From IMG/VR virus record IMGVR_UViG_3300020392_000004: a DNA stretch of 64,000 nucleotides. One strand, 5' to 3'. Source of the DNA: a virus. Under the pieces are notes generated by a model. That model made no database searches. It saw nothing but the letters and a program-made list of their open reading frames with translations, and was not told the origin of the DNA. Position numbers and translations under genes: made by a program. Positions within the stretch are counted from its first letter, which is position 1. Each line of letters begins with the position of its first letter. This document shows, in pieces, positions 29,901 to 39,204 of this stretch.

Positions 29901-30580
29901 ATTGTAAGACCTATTCTATTTGAAGGTTTTGCATTGTATTTTTCTAGAATTAATTGTTGTTCGTCTACTTTTACAAAGAATCCTCTACAAAATACTACAC
30001 CCTCTGATATATTTGCAATAGAAGTTCTTCCAACTGGAGTTGTTGAAGCAGCTGCTACTTTAAAATCATTATTACTTGCTGTATCTTCTGCTACTGTTCC
30101 ACTTGAATCGAATCCACACTTAACTAAAGTTTCGTCTCCAGCGAATGAGAATGAGTTGTTTGCATCTGTTCCTTGTCTTTCTAATCGAACATATAGAGTA
30201 ATGAAATCTGTTGAGGTTTCTGCATCTGAATTGATAACTTTTGCAACGACACCTGTTGTTTGTCCTTTTATAAACTGACCATGGTAAGAAGTTCTGTATG
30301 ATTCTACTGCAGCGTCACCACTTGAATTAGGGTTTGCAGCTAAAACTTTTACATAATATAAATCAAAGTCAATATCTGACTGGGCTCCTGTGACGATGGA
30401 ACCTTCTTTGAAGAAATGGTCACCGAATCTTTCTATTTGATTCTGTAATACAGATTGTGATTGTGTTAGTTCCCTTGCTTGTAAGGGACGACCAGCTCTG
30501 TATAACAGTTTATGAAACTGTTTTGATTCCGAATAATCATCGTAATAGGGTGATATGTTTAAATCAGTCTTTTCTGCCAT
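23921..30580 (-). CDS. Large baseplate-associated structural protein (DUF4815/VrlC-like)
   Basis: LNISPYYDDY, GRPLQARELTQ.Q, AGADRLK, RRYTMKDIG, RFKSGFLVDNF, DPLAQSF, GSLFLSQNASTW; 2219 aa. Confidence 0.88.
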   Translation of the reverse strand: MAEKTDLNISPYYDDYSESKQFHKLLYRAGRPLQARELTQSQSVLQNQIERFGDHFFKEGSIVTGAQSDIDFDLYYVKVLAANPNSSGDAAVESYRTSYHGQFIKGQTTGVVAKVINSDAETSTDFITLYVRLERQGTDANNSFSFAGDETLVKCGFDSSGTVAEDTASNNDFKVAAASTTPVGRTSIANISEGVVFCRGFFVKVDEQQLILEKYNAKPSNRIGLTIKEELISVAEDSSLYDNAQGTSNENAAGADRLKFTLTLSKYDLTSTEDANFIELVRVNKGQIELHTNRPMYTEIENTLARRTFDANGDFIVNQFTHSLREHLDDSTNRGFYLKAQGGKEEKFVFQVSPGKAYVKGYEIDKIGTSNLNINKARQTVTLNTANTPTRLGQFIKVKNGFGFPDFGNESGASAITPYAICKLFPSITAVAGTLNSEDHIGFARVRHIDNFGATNDNTGLYLFDIKMFTKLKAGSSISNSNVGDRVIGGTSGATGIVGHVNGVNMYVHDVVGTFVHGETITSEGDGTATFTVVGENFRGIANQVRTFNIDRVRGIGQERSGSGDADFTADAVADGDNTLTGSVSIAANGNITGFGTRFTAELKEGDIIIDGNGDEQVISTVTDSVTAQTVATSSVTAFDVNPSATRRRVKLFDQDQAVAIYAWPRDYVKKHTPDRISIRRQKVIAASGGKVTITTGAGETFSTVDRDNFQLSILNTDGNTGGGNVLGAEIDFASSPPTASNLGGGGQSIQFDTTASDGVKYLVSFTVIDDSPEHRNKVLNRSRCAIVDTAFVAGASDYGTCYDNKDITLGVADVLSVRAVYEGIGGSTPLPPSGRLGGASYTGTDFVKDEVIIGQTSGAQARIVKYANSGSTFFYYLNDFVFTDGETCVGQITNAAADIDLITTGSDNITQRYFFDNGQRDGFYDIAKITLKPGEPTPNNSILIVFDNFTSNGGEFYDVNSYTDAGLDYKEIPVYSPNRIDMGGLEPDGEYELSDAVDYRPTVAQLFSDANFSSANPDPSSPANISSGLSGDPFKYENKVFTGAGAAALDTPMKGGATVGDIEFYTSRIDRIYLGKDGLFEISTGIPSLSPTRPKAIDDSIEMFELFIPAFTKKLSEIKVRSFDHRRYTMKDIGRINKRVTNLERVTSLSLLEKDTQSAQVLDADGFDRFKSGFLVDNFRGHKIGDVNHPDYKCSIDTKMGMLRPQNMQQFFDLNLDTTNSTNYQQTGDLITLPFTEVNYINQDKASRHINVNPYHVFAFIGNVKLTPGTDIWNDTERLPDVRVNREGNFDAVMSGVGNSLGTVWNSWQTTWVGEPSSVESEVQSTTAGSWSGDPAQGGEWQAGQEVTREITESPEIQTRTGITTSVVEDFVETRNDRIVSVAIIPFMRARTIEIDATNLKPNTNHYFFFDGIRVDKFVRPQSTAYSQDGGTTVSSNLKSDGNGRLRGFFELPNTETQRFPTGQRELKLTSSFHNLSNPPSSGSAVYQAQGLLSSSQTEIVSTRNGRVISQLTEGERQIQRRGERLNISPTDTIAPDIPVDTIPIPEPIVADPVIVFPIEVPEPPAIPVPPLPPELEFRIGSRLERGWGDPLAQSFLCEASGGMFISSVDVFFQAKDTHMPVSVEIRNMVNGYPGQIVLPFSTVTKNPSDVNISADGTVATTFSFESPVYVEEKKEYALIVYSNSNEYEQWISRMGETDLASGQQISGQPYAGSLFLSQNASTWTAEQTDDMKFTMKICKFDTTKIPAIHFENKDLELDTLGKNPLLTTVSSNNVKVSAYNHGLYDESSNVQISGVVGDRVGSVLEVGSPSLSETPSDGNHNAQTADSTDGSGTGMIINVEIASGAIGTTNGIRIVNPGQGYAVGNTVTFDNFDGGTADLTITVVAIGDTLGGIPVAAINTTFGDSSTNGVANIGIDSFNVACNLTSFIDKSKFVSGYTALETTTGGGSSVQVSRNYIFDSLHTMIPSTQVGSCKVVSSINTTAMKSPEGFISSGDTVYNRRTTNNFITLNDNTFLDAPGIVASVVNETNKMQSQRSFRLITQMLSRNPNVSPVIDVGTIGCIAISNRINNIDNQSGKKVDGVTVSLPSDITHIPSTEPEGDQNAFIYVTRKVNLKNPATSLKVIADNFRPPTTELKYMFKIVKSDEQTPLDDIGFEFFNTDGSPDSAVENDARNFKEYEYTVNDLPEFSSFIIKIVGQGQNSSVVPMVSALRVMALA

Positions 30581-30613
30581 AGTTTACTCTTATGTTGTTA
30601 AGATGTAATCAAA

Positions 30614-32056
30614 TTACATCTGAATAATCAGTTTAATATCTTCGATTTGGTCTGCAGCTCTTGTCACTGCACCCCTATTTTCGACATACATGATATTACC
30701 TGAATATTTTACTATTTCAGGGAATGAAGAATCTACTGAACTTACTGTTCCGATACTTGAACTCCCTTTATAGATTGTATCTGTTGCAGAAAAGTTTACA
30801 TATGTTCCACCACTGTTTGCTTGTGGGATATGAGAAACTACATTTCCACTAATTGATACTATTCTAGAAACTGCCACACCTGAACCGTCTGCATTTGCAT
30901 CACGGATAATGTCGTCTACTGATAGACCTGTGACAGATGACAATGTCATTTTGTTATAAGCTGCATAGTTAGCGTCTGTTGCAACTGTTGTTCCTGTAGA
31001 GAATGGGTCTTGAATCAAACCAATTCGTCTGAAATCGTTATCTGTTGGGAAATCACCTGAACCTTCAGCAAACTCTAATCTAGAGTTCACCATAACAAGG
31101 TTTCCACCTAATTCTTCGACTGGGTTTGCACCGTGTCCATATAAAGGTGATATGATAGGTGTGACCACTGCACTTGTGGTAGGAGTTCCAACTCCTGATA
31201 TACCGTCAATATTAATTGAAGCTCTTCGATAACCTGTTCCATTATTTGTGACTGTTATATGTGATACAACTCCTGATGCATTAACATGAACTGTGCATTG
31301 TGCAGAAGAACCGTCACCATTAATAGCAACAGTTTCATGTGTTTGTGAGGCTGTATAACCAGCTCCACCGTTCACAACTTTAACATGTAAAATACCACCG
31401 TCTATTGCGTCATTCTCTACATTCCATTGTGAACTTCCGTCATCGGATACTCCACCTAGAGCAGTCTTTGCACCAATAGTTTTAACAGGCATGAAATCTG
31501 TAGTAGTAAATTTAATTGTATCGGCAGCTGATACAGTATACATATACTTCCAAAGATATCCTCGTCCTGTCACGGTTCCAGTATCACTAGTTTCAACTAA
31601 TGCAGTTGAACTTGTTCCTGTTGGTTTTACTGTTGATTTTTGAAGAACTCCATTTGCATCTGTTCCTGTTCTAATACATTTGTAAACATTGAAATCCTCT
31701 GTGATTACATAAAATTTTGAATCGTATAGATTACTAGAGGAAGTTGCATTTGAAGTTGAAGAAGCTGATATTTCATGGTCATACTGGTCGTATATAGTAT
31801 TTCCTGTTGAGTCCCAGTTTCTTCGTGATAGTGCATGAGAAACATCTGCTGAAGATACTTTCTTCAATGCTACCATATCTGAATATGCGTCCATTTCTTC
31901 ACCTACTGAATTTGCTGGTGAAGGTGGTGCCGTGTCGTCTGTCCAAGGGAAAGGTCTCCCAATGAACATATATGTCGAGGAAGTTCCTTCCCCAAAATCT
32001 TCTATGAATTGTTTCGCACTATGTGTTCGAAACTTTTCGGTTATAATTGCTGCCAT
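30614..32056 (-). CDS. gp8: Baseplate wedge subunit
   Basis: MAAIITEKFR, FYVITEDFNVYKC, GYLWKYMYT, NDFRRIGLI.DP, YVENR..VTRAADQIEDIKLII. Confidence 0.92.
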   Translation of the reverse strand: MAAIITEKFRTHSAKQFIEDFGEGTSSTYMFIGRPFPWTDDTAPPSPANSVGEEMDAYSDMVALKKVSSADVSHALSRRNWDSTGNTIYDQYDHEISASSTSNATSSSNLYDSKFYVITEDFNVYKCIRTGTDANGVLQKSTVKPTGTSSTALVETSDTGTVTGRGYLWKYMYTVSAADTIKFTTTDFMPVKTIGAKTALGGVSDDGSSQWNVENDAIDGGILHVKVVNGGAGYTASQTHETVAINGDGSSAQCTVHVNASGVVSHITVTNNGTGYRRASINIDGISGVGTPTTSAVVTPIISPLYGHGANPVEELGGNLVMVNSRLEFAEGSGDFPTDNDFRRIGLIQDPFSTGTTVATDANYAAYNKMTLSSVTGLSVDDIIRDANADGSGVAVSRIVSISGNVVSHIPQANSGGTYVNFSATDTIYKGSSSIGTVSSVDSSFPEIVKYSGNIMYVENRGAVTRAADQIEDIKLIIQM

Positions 32057-32075
32057 TTTAAATCTCCGTTATTGG

Positions 32076-32094
32076 TATTTATATACTATTTATA
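32076..32094 (-). promoter_or_regulatory. Tandem late promoters (2 x TATAAATA) upstream of gp8
   Basis: tatttata at 32076-32083 and 32087-32094. Confidence 0.8.
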
Positions 32095-35000
32095 AAGAAC
32101 TCAATGTAGAATTCGTTATTTTTGATGATTTTACATATGCACTATGTGCTATATTACTTCTTTTCTTGTTTTGGATATCAAAGTTCTTAATTCTCATGCT
32201 TGGTAGTAAACTTTGCATTGAATCAAAAGTCAATCCACTTGGGTCTGAATCTTCTAATAATACAGAACCATACCCGTCCTCTAATACTATATGGTCTTCG
32301 TCTGCGTCATTTGATACATCTTCGTCCAATAGATAATGAGATATTTTGTAAATATCTTGATTTACAAGATTATTTATGTCACCTAATTTATAACTTACAG
32401 GTGCATAAGAAGTTAATGTTTGACCTTGAGTTGATTCGTCTAACATAACTCCTCCGTCCTCTAATGTTATTTGGAAGTTGTCTTCTGTTAACATAGAAGA
32501 TTGGTGAAGAGTTAAAACTCTTTCCGATAATATACTTCCTAAAGGTTCAGACATATATGTTCCGTCTTCTATTGCAATGTTGAACCCGTCTTCTGTCATA
32601 AATGTTCCACCGTGGTCTCCAAAGGTTGATTCCATTCTCAAAAGTGGGACTTCAACTTCTAGATGCATACGACCACCGTCTTCATATACAATGTTCTCTT
32701 CTTCCATTTGAACCGAAGGTATTACTATACCTAAATCTGCTGTTCGATACGATTCCATTCGTCTTTCGTATGGACTATGAGAAGGATTATTTACATTGTC
32801 TATGTTGATTGTTGTATCTCTATTCGTATCTATGACTGTGATTTGTCCACCCATACCATTATGGTGTTGACAATAATAATGTAATGTATCAGGTGTATTC
32901 GAATCAACTGTTATACTAGTGACATATGTGCTTGTCACTACACCTGTTGTATATGCACTACCACTATTATGTGTTCCGTCTGATGTTGTTGATAATCTTA
33001 ATGGGTGTGCATTTGGATATCCAAAATCATATGTGTATCCTCTTTGTAATACTAGAGAAGCATTTCTTAAACCGTTTATATTATAAACATTTTTGATTCC
33101 ATTATACTCAACTGATACATCTTTACTTTGCCTCATTGGGTTTGTAATTGTTCTCGTTGTCTTTCTTACTATTGCATTTGCAAGACTTGTAATAACTTCT
33201 ATATTGAATCTTCTTTGTTTGAAGTTTTCTCCTAAAGAAGAAGGGCCTAATCCATGATTGTTAGGTAATACAATATCTGCACCACCTTTAATAACTGGTG
33301 TTGTTGAACCTATAGAGGATTCATCGAAAGGTTGGTGAACGATTAATGGTGTATTCAAGTCTGAAGCATTTGTATACAACATTAATGTTGTGAGTAATTC
33401 TGTTATTGCATTTATATCGGGAGCTTCTTCTAGTATCAAATGATAACCGTCTTCCATAATAATATTAGACTCGTCATCTCTATAGAGTGAATCTGCACCT
33501 TCCAAATCAAAATGATATGTAGGGAAAGCTTGCATTATTATAGTTGGTATAAAATTAAATCTTGTTTCTGTTTCAATACCTACTTCGTTTCTAGGACTTC
33601 CACTATCAAGTATAACTGAATCATGTGGGTTTACAAATTGTTTAATTGCAACCTCACCAAAGAATATATGTCCCGAAGGGTGAACAAGGTCTTTAACCAC
33701 TGACCTCCACCTATTGATAGACTCACCAACTTTAACAATATAAGAGTGAGTCTGATATACATATCCGTCTTGAACATTTACAGCTGAAGAATCGATTGTT
33801 CCTTTATCTGTAAGTAGTTGTCTTTCAATAATACCTTCACCACCTAACTTACCTCTTGACTGATATGGATTAAATTTTAAAACTTTAAAAGTATCAACAC
33901 TATTGAATAAGACTTCTTCGTTATCCAAGAAGTGTCCGTCTAAATCAGTAAATGTTAATACTTGAGTATTTGCATCGAAAGATATTATCTTACCAGTAGA
34001 ACCTGTGATTCTTCCTGTGAATGTCGAATTTGCATTTAATGTTGCAGTCGGTGTTGTAATCAATGCTTTATAGTGTGATAAACTTGACATTACTGGATTC
34101 TCTTTAAAATTAAATCCTTGTTCTTTTACATTAATATGTCCTACACCACCTATCTCGTCTGAATATGCAAGTAGTTTTGCACCTGTTCCACTAGATACTT
34201 TAATTAAATCAGCTGCCCTCTGTGTTCCACTAGTTCCACCTGTGATTGTTTCACCTGATTGTGTAAACTGATTTGAGTCTGTTGACCTTCTTTTTACTAC
34301 TAGTCTTTTTTTACCGTCTTTTTCTTCTTTTCTTACTATGACAGCTGTTGCATTTGAAGTTCCACCAGTCACGACTTCGTTCTCTACAAATCCTGATAAA
34401 TCACTTAAGTAAATATATCCGCCTGGAAATACTTGAGGTAATTTTGTATAACCTGTTCCTGGCGATGTTATAACTGTGTTTCTAATTCTAGAATCTGTAG
34501 AAGTTAATTGTATTCTATCTCCGTCTTCCATTAACAAGTGATTGAAGTCTGTATAAATTTCTATTAAGTGACCTGCTGTTTGACCACTGGTAAATGTGAC
34601 TCTATCATTTTTAAATGTGTAATCTGTATAAGGTGTTTTCTCTATACCATTTACAAATACTCTTACACTATTGTCATTGAAAAATATTCTCTTACCGTTA
34701 TTATCTCTACCATTGAAAACTGTTTGCCCTGCCGTTGCAGTTATTTCAAATTGTCCTATGTCTGTTCTGTTTTCTAATATGACAACATCTTCTATTGCAC
34801 CGATAACACCTTCTGCAGCGTTTCCGTCTGCACCTGAATTATCAAAGACAAGAATATCACCACCGTTATATCCTGTTCCAGCGTCTTCAATAAAGATTTG
34901 TTCGACACCACCTTTTCTTAAACCGTCAATAACACCTTTTGCATTTGATTCATCTCTATCAGCTTTTCCTCCCTCAAAGAATAGAGGGTCATTTAGTGAA

Positions 35001-36349
35001 TACATGGAACCAAAAGATTGTTCTTCTAATAGTAATCCACCTGATGTTGAATTGTTAAATCCTATAACATTTGTTGCAGCTGCACTTCCATTTGCAGTCA
35101 AGGTTGCAGTCACATCGTCTGTGACAGTTGCAATGGTATCTGTATATACTGTGTTAGATACTTTATATGATATTGTATCTCCAACTTTAAGTTCTCTTAA
35201 AAATTTAGAACTTGAACCAATTAATGTTGTAGAATTGGTTGCAATTGTTAAATTACCTGTCAATGCAGTTGGTTCTAATAATATAGAATCATTATCTTCT
35301 TGAGCCATGTAGATAGAAGAATCAGTTGTGACTATATCTGAAAGTATTCCTTTAACTCTTGCACTAACTGTTGTGACTCCGTCTCTATCTACAAAATCAC
35401 ATGGTCTCTCTTCTTCAAAAGTCCCAAAATGATTATTTGATATCTCTAGAGAATACTGTCCTAGACTTGCATTAATAGTATATACATTTTCTACTATTGC
35501 TTCTGCTAGTATTGTGACTAAATCGTCTTGATATTGTATTACTTTATCTGTTGCACTCGGTATATGATTTACATTATTCATTGTGACAGCGATTCTTCTC
35601 TTATCACTGTAATCTGATTCTGAAGCAAATATAGTTTGGTCTATCGGATATATTATTTCTGCGTCTTGACCAAATAGTATTCTTAATAAAAATTGTAATG
35701 ACTCACCTGTTCCTTTCTTTTGATATAAGTCATTTATGTTTTTGATTGTTAGTCTTGCGTCTTTTGTATCGTCAATATCTAATGACGGGATAAAATCTTT
35801 TTGGAAATAATCTAAAAACTCTTCTGTTGTCGTATCAACATCTGAATAGTTTAATAATTGATTGTTTGCAAGAACTGTATTGTGTTTGTATGATTCAACA
35901 ACACCTGTTTGTGTTGCTTCTCCTAAATCTCTTCTATATCTTTTAGAGACTGTTTCTCCACTATCAAAACCTTTTCCTTCTATAGTTTCGATATAAAATG
36001 TATTACCATTTATTATTTTTATTTCTGCAACTGAACCAGTCTTCGAACCTACAAGATAGTCTCCAACTTCAAAAGGAGTTTTTTGTTGTTCGTGTAGAAG
36101 TCTCGATGTAGATGCATCGGGAGCTGGTTCGACAGTTTTTTCTTCTACTAATAAATAACCTTCGTCATTTTCTAATAATATTTCGTCCAAATCTCCTTGA
36201 GACGAGAGAGTTAATATCTCCGCCTCAAGGAATTCGAAGTATGCTTTTAAGAACTGTTCAAAGACTGGTGCTTCGTCCATGACGAAGTCAGGCAATAGAT
36301 TAGGTAATCTATCAGTTAGTCTTTGTATGTCAAAGTTCTTGTTTGCCAT
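32090..36349 (-). CDS. gp7: Baseplate wedge initiator (gp7-like) with insertions
   Basis: FEQFLKAYFEFLE, IKNINDLYQKKGT.ES..FL.RILFG, QDGYVYQTHSY.VK...W...VK.LVHPSG; many LxxEDG repeats and a cupredoxin-like insert. Confidence 0.82.
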   Translation of the reverse strand: MANKNFDIQRLTDRLPNLLPDFVMDEAPVFEQFLKAYFEFLEAEILTLSSQGDLDEILLENDEGYLLVEEKTVEPAPDASTSRLLHEQQKTPFEVGDYLVGSKTGSVAEIKIINGNTFYIETIEGKGFDSGETVSKRYRRDLGEATQTGVVESYKHNTVLANNQLLNYSDVDTTTEEFLDYFQKDFIPSLDIDDTKDARLTIKNINDLYQKKGTGESLQFLLRILFGQDAEIIYPIDQTIFASESDYSDKRRIAVTMNNVNHIPSATDKVIQYQDDLVTILAEAIVENVYTINASLGQYSLEISNNHFGTFEEERPCDFVDRDGVTTVSARVKGILSDIVTTDSSIYMAQEDNDSILLEPTALTGNLTIATNSTTLIGSSSKFLRELKVGDTISYKVSNTVYTDTIATVTDDVTATLTANGSAAATNVIGFNNSTSGGLLLEEQSFGSMYSLNDPLFFEGGKADRDESNAKGVIDGLRKGGVEQIFIEDAGTGYNGGDILVFDNSGADGNAAEGVIGAIEDVVILENRTDIGQFEITATAGQTVFNGRDNNGKRIFFNDNSVRVFVNGIEKTPYTDYTFKNDRVTFTSGQTAGHLIEIYTDFNHLLMEDGDRIQLTSTDSRIRNTVITSPGTGYTKLPQVFPGGYIYLSDLSGFVENEVVTGGTSNATAVIVRKEEKDGKKRLVVKRRSTDSNQFTQSGETITGGTSGTQRAADLIKVSSGTGAKLLAYSDEIGGVGHINVKEQGFNFKENPVMSSLSHYKALITTPTATLNANSTFTGRITGSTGKIISFDANTQVLTFTDLDGHFLDNEEVLFNSVDTFKVLKFNPYQSRGKLGGEGIIERQLLTDKGTIDSSAVNVQDGYVYQTHSYIVKVGESINRWRSVVKDLVHPSGHIFFGEVAIKQFVNPHDSVILDSGSPRNEVGIETETRFNFIPTIIMQAFPTYHFDLEGADSLYRDDESNIIMEDGYHLILEEAPDINAITELLTTLMLYTNASDLNTPLIVHQPFDESSIGSTTPVIKGGADIVLPNNHGLGPSSLGENFKQRRFNIEVITSLANAIVRKTTRTITNPMRQSKDVSVEYNGIKNVYNINGLRNASLVLQRGYTYDFGYPNAHPLRLSTTSDGTHNSGSAYTTGVVTSTYVTSITVDSNTPDTLHYYCQHHNGMGGQITVIDTNRDTTINIDNVNNPSHSPYERRMESYRTADLGIVIPSVQMEEENIVYEDGGRMHLEVEVPLLRMESTFGDHGGTFMTEDGFNIAIEDGTYMSEPLGSILSERVLTLHQSSMLTEDNFQITLEDGGVMLDESTQGQTLTSYAPVSYKLGDINNLVNQDIYKISHYLLDEDVSNDADEDHIVLEDGYGSVLLEDSDPSGLTFDSMQSLLPSMRIKNFDIQNKKRSNIAHSAYVKSSKITNSTLSSL

Positions 36350-36358
36350 TACTCAATA

Positions 36359-36826
36359 TTATGCAAGTGCATATCCATTACCTGCTAGCACATGCCAACC
36401 ACCGTTAGAAGAGCCTGCCCATACTAATACTACTGATTCACCAATTGTGCTCAATGTAATAGTAGAGTGACCTGCTAAAGTTGTAGGTGTGATAACAATG
36501 TTGTGTGAACCTGCTGGTTCTGTAGAAGCAACAATGATTTTTAATTCACCAGTGTCACTTGAATCAGGTAAACTCAAAGCAAGGTCTGCTGAAACTGAAT
36601 CAGCGTCTACTGCAACGATACCACCGTCTGCAATTGAACCTGCTGATGATACAACATTAACATCGTTAATTGCCAAGTGAGTTGGAATTGCTTCGAAAAG
36701 ACTTGAAATTGCAAGTCTTTTGTTTACAGGTGACCCACTAGGGTCATCTACAACATGCAGAATGTCGGCTGCACCAACTTCTGACTTATTCATTACGGTC
36801 AAAGCCGTGATTTTTTTATCTGCCAT
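36359..36826 (-). CDS. Small virion structural protein
   Basis: [10 protein letters not shown]...DILHVVD...NKRL N-terminus typical of phage decoration proteins; strong SD (GGAGG). Confidence 0.7.
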   Translation of the reverse strand: MADKKITALTVMNKSEVGAADILHVVDDPSGSPVNKRLAISSLFEAIPTHLAINDVNVVSSAGSIADGGIVAVDADSVSADLALSLPDSSDTGELKIIVASTEPAGSHNIVITPTTLAGHSTITLSTIGESVVLVWAGSSNGGWHVLAGNGYALA

Positions 36827-36896
36827 TCTCTTTTCCTCCTATAATCCAATTGAATGGGAAACTACTCGGGGGACTCCCGACCACTTTATACATTTA

Positions 36897-38771
36897 TTAA
36901 TATGAACTGGTAGAGGTTGTATTAAAACCTACACCAGCACTCGATTCACCACTTGCGATGGTGTCTACTTCACCAGTTGTTTTAATATCGTCAACGGAGA
37001 TATCAATTAGATTACCTCTTTCTGCAACGACATCAACACCCGAAGGTATAACTGTGAAGTCTATCGAAGTATCAGTATTAACCGTAGAGGTTAAAGTGAT
37101 AGCATTGATAGAAATAAGTCCAGTGGAATAATTTACTGTTCCAGCTGCACTGTCTTGATATATCCTAGTTGACCCTGATAAGTAGTATCTTCTCAATACT
37201 CCATTACCGTCATCGTCAAAATAATTTATATTGACGGAATCACCTTGGACATAAAAACCTGTTGTAATAATAATGCCTCCACTCGCTGCATTGTGACCAG
37301 CATGTGGATTGAATAATGCATTACCAAAAGAAACTGAATAACCTTTTGCATTTGAAGAAATAGTAGGTTTTAATTTTTTCTTCAATCTTATGTTTGTTGT
37401 ATTTGACAAGATAGCAGAATCTGACTCGTCAATAGTTTTAGTTAGATTCGAATGTCTAAAGATTGCATCGAATCCATTTAAGTTGTCTGTATCAAATTTT
37501 AAAATAGTGTTCTTGACTAATGTTTCTAATTCACCAGCTGTTAATGTAGTCAAAGCTGGATTATATTTGAATGTTGAAGATATCAATATCTTAACTATAT
37601 CTGCATCAACTATTTGTGGACGAACTGTCAACATGTTTAATTTATTTAGATTGTTTAAAACAACATTCTTTTCTGTTTCAGATAAGTAATCTGCATTTTG
37701 TGGTTTTAATGCAATGAATACTTTACCATATTCGGGTGGGTTGTTATCTTCACCACCCCATACTGCAACTGCATCTGCATTTGGATAATATTCCTGAACT
37801 TTTGCTTTATAGTCATTCAATGTGACTAATCTGTTTTGTGAAGTATAGAATTTTGTTGCTTTAAACTTGATAGATTCCATACTCTCTTTCTCTGCACCAC
37901 CTGTTGCAGCTGTAGATACAACAATACTTGAATCTGAAAATCCATTGACTGTATCTACTTGAGTAAATCTGTTTGCACCGTCAGCGTGAATATCGTCTAC
38001 AACAACATAATCAACTGTAATGATATCACCGTCTAATAGTTTTGCACCAAGTGTTCCATCACCAAAATATATTTCTAAATATCCGTCTTCGTTTTCTTGA
38101 GTGTAATATACTTTAGAGGTTGTAGTAATTGTTGATATATCTGTTGATAATGTATATGTTGAACTTGTCCCACCTGAATTAACTGTGATTGTTAATCTAT
38201 TTTTATCGACTCTTTGATTTGATAAAACATATTTTGCATTTTTGATTTGATTATCATTAATAAAGATATCTTGAGAGTAAGTTCCTTGAACTAATTCTAC
38301 ATTATTATATGTAAATTTATTTGAATCAACTGTTGGTGTATAAGAAGTTGCAGTGACAAACTCGTAATTACTTCCTTCGTAATTTGTTCTAAAGACTGTC
38401 CCTCTTGGCATAACCATAGAAGTTGTTGAAGGTATTGAACCGTCTGCATTTCTTACATTAGATAATACCATAGTCATAACTGCAGCTGAAGCTGATTCAG
38501 AAGCAGGTGTAAATCCTAAATCCTTTGCACGGGACACAACATTCTTTCTTATTTGTGCTGAATCTAGGAACAACTCTGAAGCTGCTATGTTTGTGTTGAC
38601 TGCACCAATATGTGATGCATATGCAAGTAAGTCTATAAGAATTGAAAGGGTTGCACCCTCAAAGTTATAGTCTTTAAAAATTTCTTGTCCCTTAAGATAG
38701 TTCTTAAGGTTATCTGATATGTTGTCAAAGTCTAAATCTGTGACATTTATTTGTGAACTGTTTACTGCCAT
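36897..38771 (-). CDS. gp6: Baseplate wedge subunit
   Basis: LDFDNI..NLK.YL, DYNFEG..LS.L.DLLAY, ELFLDSAQIR.NVVS.AK.LG, QNRLVT..DY, WGGEDNNPPEYGKVFI. Confidence 0.95.
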   Translation of the reverse strand: MAVNSSQINVTDLDFDNISDNLKNYLKGQEIFKDYNFEGATLSILIDLLAYASHIGAVNTNIAASELFLDSAQIRKNVVSRAKDLGFTPASESASAAVMTMVLSNVRNADGSIPSTTSMVMPRGTVFRTNYEGSNYEFVTATSYTPTVDSNKFTYNNVELVQGTYSQDIFINDNQIKNAKYVLSNQRVDKNRLTITVNSGGTSSTYTLSTDISTITTTSKVYYTQENEDGYLEIYFGDGTLGAKLLDGDIITVDYVVVDDIHADGANRFTQVDTVNGFSDSSIVVSTAATGGAEKESMESIKFKATKFYTSQNRLVTLNDYKAKVQEYYPNADAVAVWGGEDNNPPEYGKVFIALKPQNADYLSETEKNVVLNNLNKLNMLTVRPQIVDADIVKILISSTFKYNPALTTLTAGELETLVKNTILKFDTDNLNGFDAIFRHSNLTKTIDESDSAILSNTTNIRLKKKLKPTISSNAKGYSVSFGNALFNPHAGHNAASGGIIITTGFYVQGDSVNINYFDDDGNGVLRRYYLSGSTRIYQDSAAGTVNYSTGLISINAITLTSTVNTDTSIDFTVIPSGVDVVAERGNLIDISVDDIKTTGEVDTIASGESSAGVGFNTTSTSSY

Positions 38772-39187
38772 TATCGTGCCCTTGTTATATTGAACTCAAC
38801 TTCTTGTCCAGTTAAACCATTTTTGATATTATAGAAAATGATTACATTTAGACTATTACCCGAGGTATCAAATTTACACCTAACATTTTCTACTCTCGGT
38901 TCTAAAGCTGTGATTGTATCTGCAAGTCTGTCTCTTGCTCTGTTTAATTGTCTATCGGTATTCAATTCGAATAAGAGACCTCGAATATTACCACCTAGAC
39001 TTGGTTTAAAAGGTCTTTCATAATAATTAGTAAGAACTATATTCTTGACTGCTCTCTTTACAGCTTCTGAATCTGATTTAGTTGTGACATCACCTGTTAT
39101 GGGGTGTGCCATGAAGTTTAAATCAAGGTCTTTATATGCTTCCTTGATTGCAACATTCTTACTTTTGGGTTTTACATAATCGACCAT
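38771..39187 (-). CDS. gp25: Baseplate wedge subunit
   Basis: YKDLDLNF..HPITGD, AVKRAVKNIVLT..YERPF.P..G, EPRV. Confidence 0.94.
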   Translation of the reverse strand: MVDYVKPKSKNVAIKEAYKDLDLNFMAHPITGDVTTKSDSEAVKRAVKNIVLTNYYERPFKPSLGGNIRGLLFELNTDRQLNRARDRLADTITALEPRVENVRCKFDTSGNSLNVIIFYNIKNGLTGQEVEFNITRAR

Positions 39188-39192
39188 AATAC

Positions 39193-39200
39193 TATTTATA
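39193..39200 (-). promoter_or_regulatory. Late promoter TATAAATA, 5 nt before the gp25 ATG
   Basis: Exact motif; no Shine-Dalgarno before the start. Confidence 0.8.
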
Positions 39201-39204
39201 CAAC

